Source: Bugula neritina | Taxonomy: Eukaryota > Animalia > Bryozoa | Direction: 5' to 3' | DNA length: 64,000 nucleotides | Assembly: GCA_964035545.1 (NCBI GenBank) | Contig: OZ037766.1 | Span: 10,220,722-10,284,721, forward strand | Shown: positions 12,695 through 24,397 of the stretch, in pieces | How the letters are laid out: each line of letters begins with the position of its first letter | How positions within the stretch are numbered: position 1 is the first letter of the stretch | Made by a program: the position numbers and the translations under genes | The notes under the pieces: generated by a model | Seen by the model: only the letters and a program-made list of their open reading frames with translations | Told to the model about the DNA's origin: nothing | Databases searched by the model: none

Positions 12695-13858
12695 TCAGTT
12701 TGCAGGAGGGTTTAATGAACGCATCAAGTTTTCTTGCATTGCTTCAGCCACTGCACCATTATTGTTAGGCTTGTCTCCATTTTCTTTGAGTAGTTTGGCA
12801 GATGTACACGGAAAGGCATTACATTCAAGTTCAGTTGCACTGGTCCTTGTTGGTCTCGATGAACTTTTCCGCATACGCAGTGAGAGCAGAAAGGAAGTGA
12901 TTCTAGTAGAATACCGGGTGGAGCCTAAATTCGAAGTTTTCTCTTCACATTTCAGCAACTTACAAACAGCTTTTCTAAAACTGCTGCTTAGAAAGCCATA
13001 AAGTACTGGGTTGAGGGCACTGTTTAATTTATATAGTGCTGTTGCTACGTGATAGCCCATTATTTCTGGATGACTAGGTTGTTTGTTGAGACGAATATTA
13101 ATTAGAAATACTATCTGGTAACACCAATATGGTAACCAGCAAGAGAAAAACACCAGTATGATGCATAACACTAGTATTGTCACTTTTCTTGTTCGTTTCT
13201 TTTTGTGACCACGAGACAGAGATGGCGACTGCTTGCACAGCTTCACTATAATCAAGGTGTAGAAGACTGTTATCAATGTCATGGGCAGGAAGAATCCTAG
13301 AATCATTCTGTAGACAGTGAATGAAGTGGCCGAATCAGCTGACCAATCTAAGTTGCACATGTCATGTTCGGCTTTGCTGTACAGCAGCAGCGGCAACGAC
13401 AGCAGAGTTGCCCCAATCCAGATTAGAACACAGCTGATGAGGCAAATCACTGGTTTTTGGAAGTTATTATACTTGAGACTGCAACACACCGCCACATACC
13501 GGTCTAAACTCATTATAGTCAGCGTGTAAATACTGGAGAATATGTTGATTCCAAAGCACCCAAAGTATATTTTACACATTATGTTTCCAAACACCCATCT
13601 CCCCATAAGAAGGCTTGCTGTGGCTATTGGTATTGATAGTAAGAACAAGAAGTCCGCTAATGCTAAGTTGAAAATAAAGATAGTAGACGCAGTTTTTAAA
13701 GTTGGGCTATTGCAGACGACAACCATTGCCAACAAGTTTCCTATTAATCCAAGGACACATATAACTGCATAAAAGGTGCACATGACGTATAAGCCCACAT
13801 TATTCTGCACTTGAATATCATCTGTCATATTTGATGATAATTCTTCTATTTCCTCCAT
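12695..13858 (-). CDS. Rhodopsin-family neuropeptide GPCR, somatostatin/allatostatin-C/opioid receptor-like
   Basis: 387-aa single-exon ORF with seven hydrophobic segments and motifs GLIGN, FIFNLALAD, WVFGNIMCK, MSLDRY, CWLPYW, NSALNPVLYGF. Confidence 0.9.
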   Translation of the reverse strand: MEEIEELSSNMTDDIQVQNNVGLYVMCTFYAVICVLGLIGNLLAMVVVCNSPTLKTASTIFIFNLALADFLFLLSIPIATASLLMGRWVFGNIMCKIYFGCFGINIFSSIYTLTIMSLDRYVAVCCSLKYNNFQKPVICLISCVLIWIGATLLSLPLLLYSKAEHDMCNLDWSADSATSFTVYRMILGFFLPMTLITVFYTLIIVKLCKQSPSLSRGHKKKRTRKVTILVLCIILVFFSCWLPYWCYQIVFLINIRLNKQPSHPEIMGYHVATALYKLNSALNPVLYGFLSSSFRKAVCKLLKCEEKTSNLGSTRYSTRITSFLLSLRMRKSSSRPTRTSATELECNAFPCTSAKLLKENGDKPNNNGAVAEAMQENLMRSLNPPAN

Positions 13859-15805
13859 GCTATTGACAGCTCAGCAATCGAACTTGAAACGACCTTGAAT
13901 ACTGTCAATAAAATAACAATTGATAAAATAAAATCGATTTTGCCCTATTAAATTAAGTACTGATATTTAGCTAGATAAAAGCCTAATCTAGTGACAGTTT
14001 AGCATTTTCAATCCTAGCAACATATTTTATTAGTCAGCCATTTTACTGCAATTTATAATGTAAATTTAGAAAACAACCATATACAATGAGCACCAACTGT
14101 GTTTAGAAAATGGAACAAAAGTGTCCGAGAATCACAATATACTCAACATTAATAAGTTTTTTGAAATTATTAAATTATTACATAAACAACAATTTTATGC
14201 AACCATTTTGTTACTCCATGCCAGTAATTTTTAACCCGGAGAAAATTTTAAACCTTCCAAGAAGAAATTGAAAGTTAGAGCACAGCATACAAGCTGAATT
14301 TGCTGAATTCAAACAGCGATAATCACTTCATATACTATTTATGTCACTTTATTATATACTATTTATGTCACTGCCATGTTATTAAGTCTGCAGGTGCTGT
14401 CCACTAATTATTTACGTCTGCTAAATGGTATCGTGTATTATTTACTTTAGAAGGAAAATTTCAAGTATGCTGCTACATGATGCATTTAGACGGCCATAAT
14501 ACCTACCTTCTAGCAGACTGCAGCAGTGTTTTGAAAACTAGTTGATGATATGAATGAGGGAACCCCTTATGCTGTTTTATAGCATACACCTGACCATCTC
14601 TATTATAACACAAATCATATGCAGCACATGTTGCAAAACCAAATCTAGCAGCTTTATTTTAGCAAAAAAGATGAAGCAGTAACTATCTGGAGATCTATTG
14701 AATGATGTTATCAGATAAAAGTGGCATAAGTTAGTTATCTCACTTGCATACTATAAACTTTGTCAGTGAATCTAAATAATTTCCACAACATAATAAGTTC
14801 GTATGCTATACTATTATTTAATGTTTTTTACAGTCGCTCGCTGTAAAATTATTTTTACCATAATATGTATGAGTATCAGCTTTTCTATTTGTCATCCCAT
14901 TGTATTTTTTGTGTAATTAGTTTTTCAAAATGCAGTCGTACCAAATTTGATGGAAAAGGCTCAAACTTAAAGTCCTATGAATTAAAGTTGTAATGTTGAA
15001 CAGATAATATATATTTAATATCATCACCCTTAAAAACTATTCTACTGTTTGCAATATTTATGCAGCATTAACCTAAATGTTGTATATAAGTGTCCGTTTG
15101 CTCATATCTAGTTATAAAAAAGCAAGTTAGTTAGTTCAATAGCAACTATATTAATTAATAAATGCTAGCAAGAGCACTAAAATCTTTAAAATGTTTCAAG
15201 TTTTGAGTGGATAGTTAATAGCATAGAATATAATAAATTTAAAAAATTAAAAGTACTTCATGAATAAGAATGCAATAATTTGATGAACTATAAATTTACA
15301 AATCAAGTAAAATGATTATTCCTACCTTTTCTTACAAATGATGTTGCTTAGAAAATGTAAGTCTACCAAGCGTAACGTCTGAACGTAATGCAACTCCTGC
15401 ACTGTTTGTAATCACAGTAAGAGAGTTGTTGTAATTATAACATCACAAAAGGTTAGCATGTAACTAGGTTGTAACAAAATCAATGCTGCCTGCAATGCTT
15501 CTATTTAATTACTGGCATCAAATACAAACAGAGTATTACTATATATTACTATTCTTTTTGTAGAGAGACAGTCAAATGGTTTCATATTTAAGTTCATCAA
15601 AATAATCAATAGATGATAACTGTATTACAGTGTTTTATCTAAATGACTGTTATTTTTAGCATGACTATTTTGTTTATATATTAAATGTAAAGTGATTTTA
15701 GATCAACTGTAATAATTAAAGCACAAAGAGAACATATATCTTCTTATTTAAAATACACAGTGTACATATGACATTATACATATATTGTATATAGCCTATA
15801 CATGA

Positions 15806-15852
15806 GATTATATGTATATATGTGTAAATATATGTATATATATGTATATATA

Positions 15853-15934
<82 letters not shown>
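15806..15934. repeat. (TA)n microsatellite
   Basis: Pure TA run from ~15857 to 15934 with a degenerate 5' flank. Confidence 0.97.
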
Positions 15935-15943
<9 letters not shown>

Positions 15944-16833
15944 CATAACATATATATGTTATGTTATATAACATATAAATGAACTAGTAAATACAATAAC
16001 TACACATGTTTGCTGGTGTTAAAAGTTGAATAATTTGGGTTTGAATGTTACCTAAAATGGCAGTTGTCTGCTCCTGAAATATGAACACATGTACATAAGA
16101 GTGGATAACTCTAATAGTTTATAATACAAAACGCTATTAGTTGATGGAAAAAAACATGTTGTCTTTATATTAGAAAGTCTTTTGCTACTTTGTGCTTCTT
16201 TAACATTTTTAGAAAATTGAATTTTGTAATTGTCAATCAGCACAATCTCTTGTAAATTATAAATTGTGCAAGAAACAGTGACAAAGTAGTATTTACACAG
16301 CTTTGTATAAAGAGTTCGTGGTGCATTTTAACATTATGGAACTCATTTTTGGAAGAGCACATGTTTATAATAGTAGTTACTAGTTAAACATAATAGATTT
16401 CTCAATCTTTTGATGAGATAAAGATTTTGATACTTTTGAGAAAGTCTGGATGTTTTGAAACCTAGTTTTACTATTTTATTCATATTATTCTTAAATACTA
16501 ATTTATTTGTAGAAAATCATAAGCAGAAGCTTAAATAATATTGAAACAGTTTGTGTAATTAACCTCTAACGCACATCTACTAGCTAAATTACAATCACAA
16601 CATAAGCGCCTAAATATACACACATACATATATGTTTTTTTGGAAATATTACTATAGCAGCTAATTTCATGATGATACAAAAGGTAAACTATTGTAGAAA
16701 ACTAATACACAAAATAATAAAACATAATTTATAGGATGTTAATTTAATCTAATGGCTAAAAGCAGACATTTTAAGCTAATCAATGGTGAGTTATTCTAAT
16801 CCAATGCTTCAGGTTGACATGAAGTTATTTATA

Positions 16834-19800
16834 TTATTTGTGGCGGTGGCGCCTCAATCTCCTGCTTGCATTATTGTGAGTCTCTACCCTGGCCCAGACT
16901 CCAACCACAAATTCTTCAATTCCGCTTTCATTGGCTCCTCTTTTAATTTTAAATGTCCCGTCCTCTCCCCATCGCTGGCCCCAGGAATTTACACACAGCT
17001 GAAGAAATCCAATAATAGCACCGATTATATCACCACTCATGTAATCTGGGTACGCTTGCAAGAAATATTTATTGAAGTTTGATCTATTAAGACAATTATT
17101 TATGATTTACAATGATATTCAGTTTGTAATGGTTTTCAGTTACAAGAGCTTCATTGAAACATTGAGTTATTTGGTCTCAGTTTCAATTCACCGGTTTTAT
17201 AAAGAGATAAGATTGCTGAAGTGGACTCGTTTAACAAAGCATATCTGAGAAGAACACTTACCCAGTACTTGACACCATTGCTCTCTTCTCCCCAGCTGTA
17301 AATAACATAGTAAATACTGTATTTATCTGGCACAAAGTGCAAATTTATATATCACAGATATATGATATGCTCTCTCAGCTTCACAACAATATATGCAGCT
17401 TTGATATTTTGATATTGTTAGCTTTCGAAATAATTTAGTGTATGAAAATACAACTATGATGCTATTTACCCTATAATTTTGACTGAGTGAGTGCCAGTGA
17501 TGGAGTGGTCACTCTCAGTTAGTCTGAGCTCTTCATTCGTGTGGCTATAAACTCCGCCCTCGTACAGATAAAAGTCTGCTCGAACCTGTATACAAGAAAT
17601 AATTCGCATTCACAATTGCTCAATGTACTTAGCAAAGTGATATGTTTTTATAACTGATTATCATTTACAAAGTCACATCAAATTCTTATAACTTGCAGAT
17701 AACAACTAAATTTGATTTGGTTATTGAAAAATTTTGCATGTTTTTAATATTATATGTTCGTGAAATAGTCTTTATATTAATAAAATGTCAATCATTTTAT
17801 TACAGTCATAAATTTTTCTGCTAATAAATTTTCTAATGATAACTTTAAGTAATAAATAGTTTTAGGTTCATCATTAAAAAATTTTTTACTAGCAGAATTT
17901 ATGAGTGTGTGACGACGATTAATGATAATAGCCAACCAAATATCGTTTTTTTGACATCACCAATACAATTTTTCTGCTATGCAAAAAAAATTCGATATAT
18001 ATTTATCAATTTTGTGTGTTTTATTTTAAATTATTTTATATTGTAGTGACAGATACCGAAATGATTGCTTGGACTGGCCCTTCTTGCTTGATTTCTTTCA
18101 TGATCTGTTTCTCATCATTAGCCACCCTGTAAGGAGGGGTTGTTTTGTGGACGTGAGCATCTTGACAGGTCAGCTCATCCAGATACTTGCATTGCCCTTT
18201 ACTCTTGGTTGTGCCACTTGTATATGGGTAGCACACCTCTGACACTGCTCTGGTAAGTCATTTTTAAAGATTTGGTCATTTAATTATCTCATATTTCACA
18301 CAATAAGCATGCAAGGTAAGCCCAATTTTCACTATTAATCAACTAACACAAAAGCTGTACCTTTAATATAGTGTATAGGATACAATATACAATGTAATGT
18401 GGTTGTTGTTTGGTTCACAAATACTAACCAGTAAGAGATAATAACTAACTGTGTAGCTTAAGTCTTCACAGTATCTACATGCTTAGCAACAGCATTAAAA
18501 CTTAAACTTTTGGTACCTTGTGATATGAAAGAAGCATCCCAAACAAGTATTATATTAATTCATGTTATCATTGTTAAGGTTTATATATGTTTGCTTTGAT
18601 TAAAAGGCATCAAATTTAAATCAATAGCCTTATAATTTACCCTTCTCTCTGTAAGAAATACCACGCATCTTCAATTCGGCCCCCACTACATCCCTCAACA
18701 AAGCTGCATGATATCATGTTTTGGACTGAAAGCTGCTCCAAGGAGTCCCCATCAGACTGGATGCTCCATCTATCTGCTGCCACGCCTTAAACAAAAGTAG
18801 CCAATTAGCATCAGCAATACAAATCTCTGGCTGTACGTTTAACATATTGAAAACCATTTTTCTGCACAGTAAAATTATTTGTGTAAGCTACTAGAATTAT
18901 ATTTTGACCCTGGATTAATAAAACCTATAAAGTAATTTGCAACTCTTTCTGAAACAAGTTTTTGATCAAATTAATTTAGTGCTTTCTGCAAACAAAGGTT
19001 GAAAAACCTGTTTAAACCAATGGATAGAAAACTAGACTTTGCTTATTATAATAATTCAGTTACTAAACTATATTTGCTGTACACCTTCTGATAGCTATTA
19101 GAGTGTAAAAGTTGCAGATAAAAACATCAGCATGGTTACTCGTTATTACAACTCTGTATACAATAATGGGTTACTTTTATCCATTTCGGGTATAGGATTA
19201 CAAATGCAACTATTTAGTTTTTTTTGGAATATTAAACAATTTTAAGACCTGGTATTCTGCTTCTGGGTATTCTATAAAGTACTAGTGTCGCTATTTTCAC
19301 ATCCAATGAAAGTCTCACGGCACTTCAAGTGGTAAAAGGATCAAGTACATACTGTCTTTTTATTCTAAGCTATGAGCTATGAGCTATTCATGTCAAGCAT
19401 GACTTGACATGAATAAATACTTGAAATAAATTTATTTGAAGATGGTCAATTTGGACCCATGATAATTACAAGCTGAACAGATTATTGTGGCATGGCAAGA
19501 CCAGGCTAGACAAAGCTCAATGATTCACTGTTGCTAGTGTAACAACTCGTCTCATTGAACTGCATTGAATCAAGAAGCCCAGTGTTATAAGTATAGCTAC
19601 TTTCAATGCTAATCAGGAGGTAATTATCTCATGTAGTTGCTGTCAATTGAGATGTACACCAGTAAACTCTATACTCTATTTATTTACCAAAAACATGCTG
19701 TGACAACTACTCATACAATTTTTAGAGCTTCATAGTTAAGGCTTGTCCACTTGTGGCCATTTTACAGAAACACCTTTATTTTGGAGAAAGCCACTGTCAT

Positions 19801-22800
19801 TTTAAGCACAGTATATGTTGCACGTATGAGGGAGCAGCCGTGGTCTAGGAGTTAGAGCGTTTGCATAGTAAACATGAGGTCATGGGTTCGAGCCCGGACA
19901 AAGGCCATTGGTGATGTTAGGAAGAGCATCCAGTCATAATTGCTCCTGTGTCTCATTTAAATAAGTCCTTTATTAACCCTCTATATCAGCGGTTTCTCAC
20001 AGGGATAGCGACTATAAACTTGTCTGAGTTTTATATATTGCACATACTATGAAGATTTCTGAACACTTTTTTTGACTGAGTAATTCAAAAATAAAAAAGA
20101 AGAGAATTTTTGCACAAGACTCACTGTAAACACAATTTTCTCTATTCATATTCCATACACAGATTTTGCAAGCAAGAAGACGCCACCTGGTGCTAAAATA
20201 TTTGCCGTTTGAATGCGGGTTTTATAATTTTGCTTTTTGCTGATTTTAAAAGCAGCGTTTTTCAAGTATTCCAATTTCAAACTAGACTATAAAGTAGTGA
20301 CAGCAAAGCCAGTAAAACACAGAAATGCTTTCCAGCTGCTTCTTTTTATGCATTGAAGGATATTACTTATGATACAATGTTGTAAAGTTATGTTTCAGCA
20401 TAATACTGTGTATAAAAATTACTTGCTGTAGAGAATGCCCAAGATGCTGCGCACTCTCCCTGATCCATTGCTGGGTGAATGTAGAGTGGCCATTTATCAG
20501 TTGCGAGGAATTCTCTTTCAAACAACTCATCAGGCTCAATCTTGATGGGATTCAGTCTCACCACCTGCGATTTGGGCTTAGTTGTACCCAAATAGTATTT
20601 AATACCATCTCTTAGAGACACACCATCAAATTTGTTGTATGTTTTAGCAGACCATCTGTAAGAGCAAATTATAGTACCATATCTGGACTTTTCTTTAATG
20701 TAAATATATAGGCTAATGTAATAGGCTTATATATTAGTAGTAAAATATTGACATTTGTTTAAACAGTTAGCAATTGTCACCCAAAGATCCATGAAGGTCA
20801 TATTTTTAAATAGATAAAATACTGAGTACAGCTTAAGCTTTATAAGCTACAAATTTGCTTTGGCATTACTTTAGATTGAGTTGTAGCATAAATCTGCTTT
20901 TATCAGCTAAAATCTTGTATCTTATCACCTCTTATGTTTTAAGAACATACCACATCATATAAAGTGAATAAGTTTATTTCAACCATTAGGTCTATGCCCT
21001 TGATAAGCCTACTAAGTGTTAAGCTTATCTTTTAAAATGTCTGGTATGGAAGGAGAAAAGTGCCAATTGTCATGATAAGAAAACCGCAGCTTTATCATGT
21101 TATCTTGAAGTTGCTTTATCATGCTTTTGGTAAGAGATATGGATAGCAGCTGTGTATATAGTTCTATTTTAAGCTAGCTGAACTATGCAACTGGGATATA
21201 AGTGAGATTTATTTTGTAGTTTAACTAAAACTGATATTATTTATCTACTATATACACAAAAAGTTTTTGTTACTTAATTAGTTATAGCATCTTGTAATTT
21301 ATAGGATGATCTGTAAATATACTGACTGCTTTTATCTAGAATACAATCTTACCCATAGTTTCCTGTATTAATACCATCAACTAAATCTTCGTCGTTGATA
21401 CAAGCAAGGTTTTCACACTGCCATGATTGGACAGAAGTGCTGCTTCCCTCCAGCTTGACACAGGTGCTGTAAAGTTGAATAATAATATACCTTAATTTAC
21501 GGTAATATTTATTGAGACGTACCTTAGTCTACAATTTTATATTTATTGAGTATTCAATTTCGTATTAATTTTATAGCAGCTCACCAAGTGTTGCAGTTTT
21601 TCTTGATTGATTGCCCGAGTGCAAAAAGCTTGCCCAGGTGATAGCACTCATCTAAAATAAACAGATCAGTATTGAATATCACATTACATAATATTGTGCA
21701 AGCAGCTTTCAGCTTCACTAGTGAGCAAGGGAAGTATGCTGCAAGAAAGATAGTACGTGCAGCTTCGGCAATATTGGAAAGTGCCATGCATATATCTAAG
21801 TGATAATATCGAAGATTAGCATAATTAGCGCCAGTCTATGGTGCCCAACTACATTATTATAAAACTTCTGAAATGGTGCATAATATACAGTCAAGCAACA
21901 ACTGATTTGTTAGCAAGAAAAGTCACTGGATTGATTGATTTTGCTAAAAGTAAGTTGTGAATAATATTATAAGCTTGAGGCAGTCAAATTATATAAAATT
22001 TTGGTAACTTTTCTATGAGCACTCGTTTAACTACTTCATATAATAAATTTAAATGCAGTAAACAAATAAAACATTAGCATACTGATTACTAGAAAAAATA
22101 CAGAAAAATATGTTTGTTATTTTATATCTGTAAATTTGCTTCAACTTTTTCAATAGAATTGATAATATATGGTTTGAGCATGGGTACACCTTTTTTAGTG
22201 TCTAATATTTTCTGAAGTGAACCATCTGTGTGGCAAAACTTGTGAAAATCTATCATCTGGCCTGTTCAAATGTTAAAATGCATTTTATAGAACTAAAAAG
22301 CTAATAAAAAATGGTCATTAAACCACTTTTATCAGAATTTTGGCTTGCTTTCGTTTTTATGTTGAATTTATGTTTCTTGGTTTAAAGTGAGGATTATCCA
22401 TGTATATTATGAAAAGGTGTGAGAATGAGGCACTTTATAAAAATACCAAAGTCGTGCTCAACTCTAAAATTAGCAGCTGGTGTGGAGTATAAATATTTTT
22501 ACTATGAATATGCTGATCAGGTATAAAAGAATAATTACGCTGCACGACAAACATAATATTAATGCACATTATTTATTTTTTATAGTTAAACAATTACTAA
22601 TGTAATAGTATAACTATCTTTTTTAATTACAGCTAATTTTTTAAAATTATTTGATGTTTTATTCATAATAGAAATAAAAGTTTTATTAAACAGCTAAAGA
22701 ATAAAATGTCCATTTATTCAATAAAGAAAACAGGTGCCTTACTTGTAATTGGGTTACTTGGTGGGGCTGTAGTTGGTCTTGGAATACCTTGGCAAACATC

Positions 22801-23022
22801 TTCGTAATCGGGGCAGCAGTCTACACTGTTGTGAAGGGCACAGAACTGGTCGCAGTAGCAGACGGTATCTTTAATAGGCACGGTGCATGTGTCATCTCGA
22901 CTCGGACAGCATTGTTCTGGCCGTCTGTCTCGACAATATGGGCCTGGAAATCTCTGTCTACGGTCTCTCACTATGCCGCTGGCACTCACGATCAACAACA
23001 GTAGCACATACACTGAGTCCAT
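16834..23022 (-). CDS. TINAGL1: Tubulointerstitial nephritis antigen-like protein (TINAG/TINAGL1/Swim family; catalytically inactive C1A peptidase)
   Basis: About 9 exons (approx. 23022-22743, 21651-21585, 21467-21353, 20655-20423, 18785-18641, 18250-18057, 17586-17470, 17296-17262, 16999-16834). Signal peptide; somatomedin-B-like CYCDQFC...CCPDY; NCNTCTC; DQGECAASWAFSTAS (catalytic Cys replaced by Ser, as in the family); GTHSVKIIGWG; NSWGQRWGEDGTFKI. Confidence 0.92.
19830..20022 (+). mobile_element. tRNA-derived SINE, copy 1
   Basis: GGGAGCAGCCGTGGTCTAGG (A box) ... GGTTCGAGCCC (B box), then a body GGCCATTGGTGATGTTAGGAAGAGCATCCAGTC...GCGACTATAAACTTG shared with 45489-45679. Confidence 0.85.
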
Positions 23023-24397
23023 GGTATAGTACTTGCCACGAGTAAAGTTGGGGCTCTAATGTTGACGATGTGCAAATATTTGCAACTTGAGACCACAAAA
23101 TGACGTTTGGGCAAGTGTGTGTTGTGCTTCATTGATAATGTACACATTGATTAGCCATCCCAGTAGCTTTAATTATATGGTTATCAGAGCTGTGTGCACC
23201 ACCTTGTATGTATGTCTGACATATTAAGATATATCAGAGGAGGTTTATGTCAAATCATGCAAATAATTCTTGGAAATTGCAAATTTTATATACATGTATA
23301 TAATAGTCCCTTTTTGATCAGCCTTGTAATAAGTTGTAGTAGAAATAGCATTTGTATGCAAGCCTAGGTATAAAATATTCTCATAAGTTGGAAGTTGAAT
23401 ATAAAATTTGAACACAGAATGACAAAGCAAAATAAAATTCTGATTTTAAAACCTTTTATTCATATAAATTAATTGTTTAACTATATACTTATATCGCAAT
23501 AAAAGGCTCTATAAATAACTTTATATATAGTTATGCTTATTTTATATTTAAAGTATATAATTATGCAAGTTTTCATCAATCATACTATGTCAAAGTTGAT
23601 TATAAGAATAATAATGCATCACACCTAAACCATAGTAACTGCAAATGTTAACAGACTTTATTGCAAAAACATAATATATTTACTATGAAAAAGCTGTAAG
23701 AAAATTTTTGATGGTAAATCCTTCTTTAATTTGTTATTACAAATTTTATTTTGAGAATTGTAATTATTTCAACAATAAAAATGATAATCTGTGAAACAAA
23801 ATAGTGAAAAATATAAAAAAAGAGAAAAGTTTTTTATTGAAAATGTTGCTGTTTTAAAATACATTACATTTAATTATCAATTTTAACAAATAATTGCCCA
23901 CGAAACATTTTTTAGTTTACAGTTACTGCAAATGTTGATGTAAGTTTTCAACAAAAAAATATTAAGCGCACAACACAATGTAATAAAGTAAAAAAGTACA
24001 GTAATATTTATTTTATTTGCAATATAGCTGTAAAACCTTTCAAACTGGCAGCATGGTTATAATTGTTTTTAAGTTAAAGCATGCATAGACAATAAGAGAT
24101 ATTAGTAATAAATATATAACAACAATACACACATGCTTGATGGTAAAATTTGTAAATTGATTTTGAGCTCATAATTATAATCAAAGAACTTCTATTTCTA
24201 TTCTAAAAAAATGATGACTAGATAATTTTTTTGTAAATCTGGCTTAACTTATTTTACAGTATAAATCGTTATCTAAAAAGTTAGTTAATAATAAACATAA
24301 ACACAACAACTACAGACAATGCAAATTGTTCACCACCATTATATAAGAAGAAATAATGAGATGCCTGATGACTCCTGCACCGCATAACATGTTCTGT

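Noticed and set aside
15716-15974. YI-repeat ORFs
   Set aside because: Artefacts of the (TA)n microsatellite.
19830-19905. Functional tRNA genes at 19830, 28946 and 45489
   Set aside because: A and B boxes are present but the acceptor and anticodon stems do not close, and two of the three continue into a shared non-tRNA body; called SINEs.
20440-20470. Catalytic Cys-to-Ser change in the papain-like domain as a novelty
   Set aside because: This is the normal state of the TINAG/TINAGL1 family.
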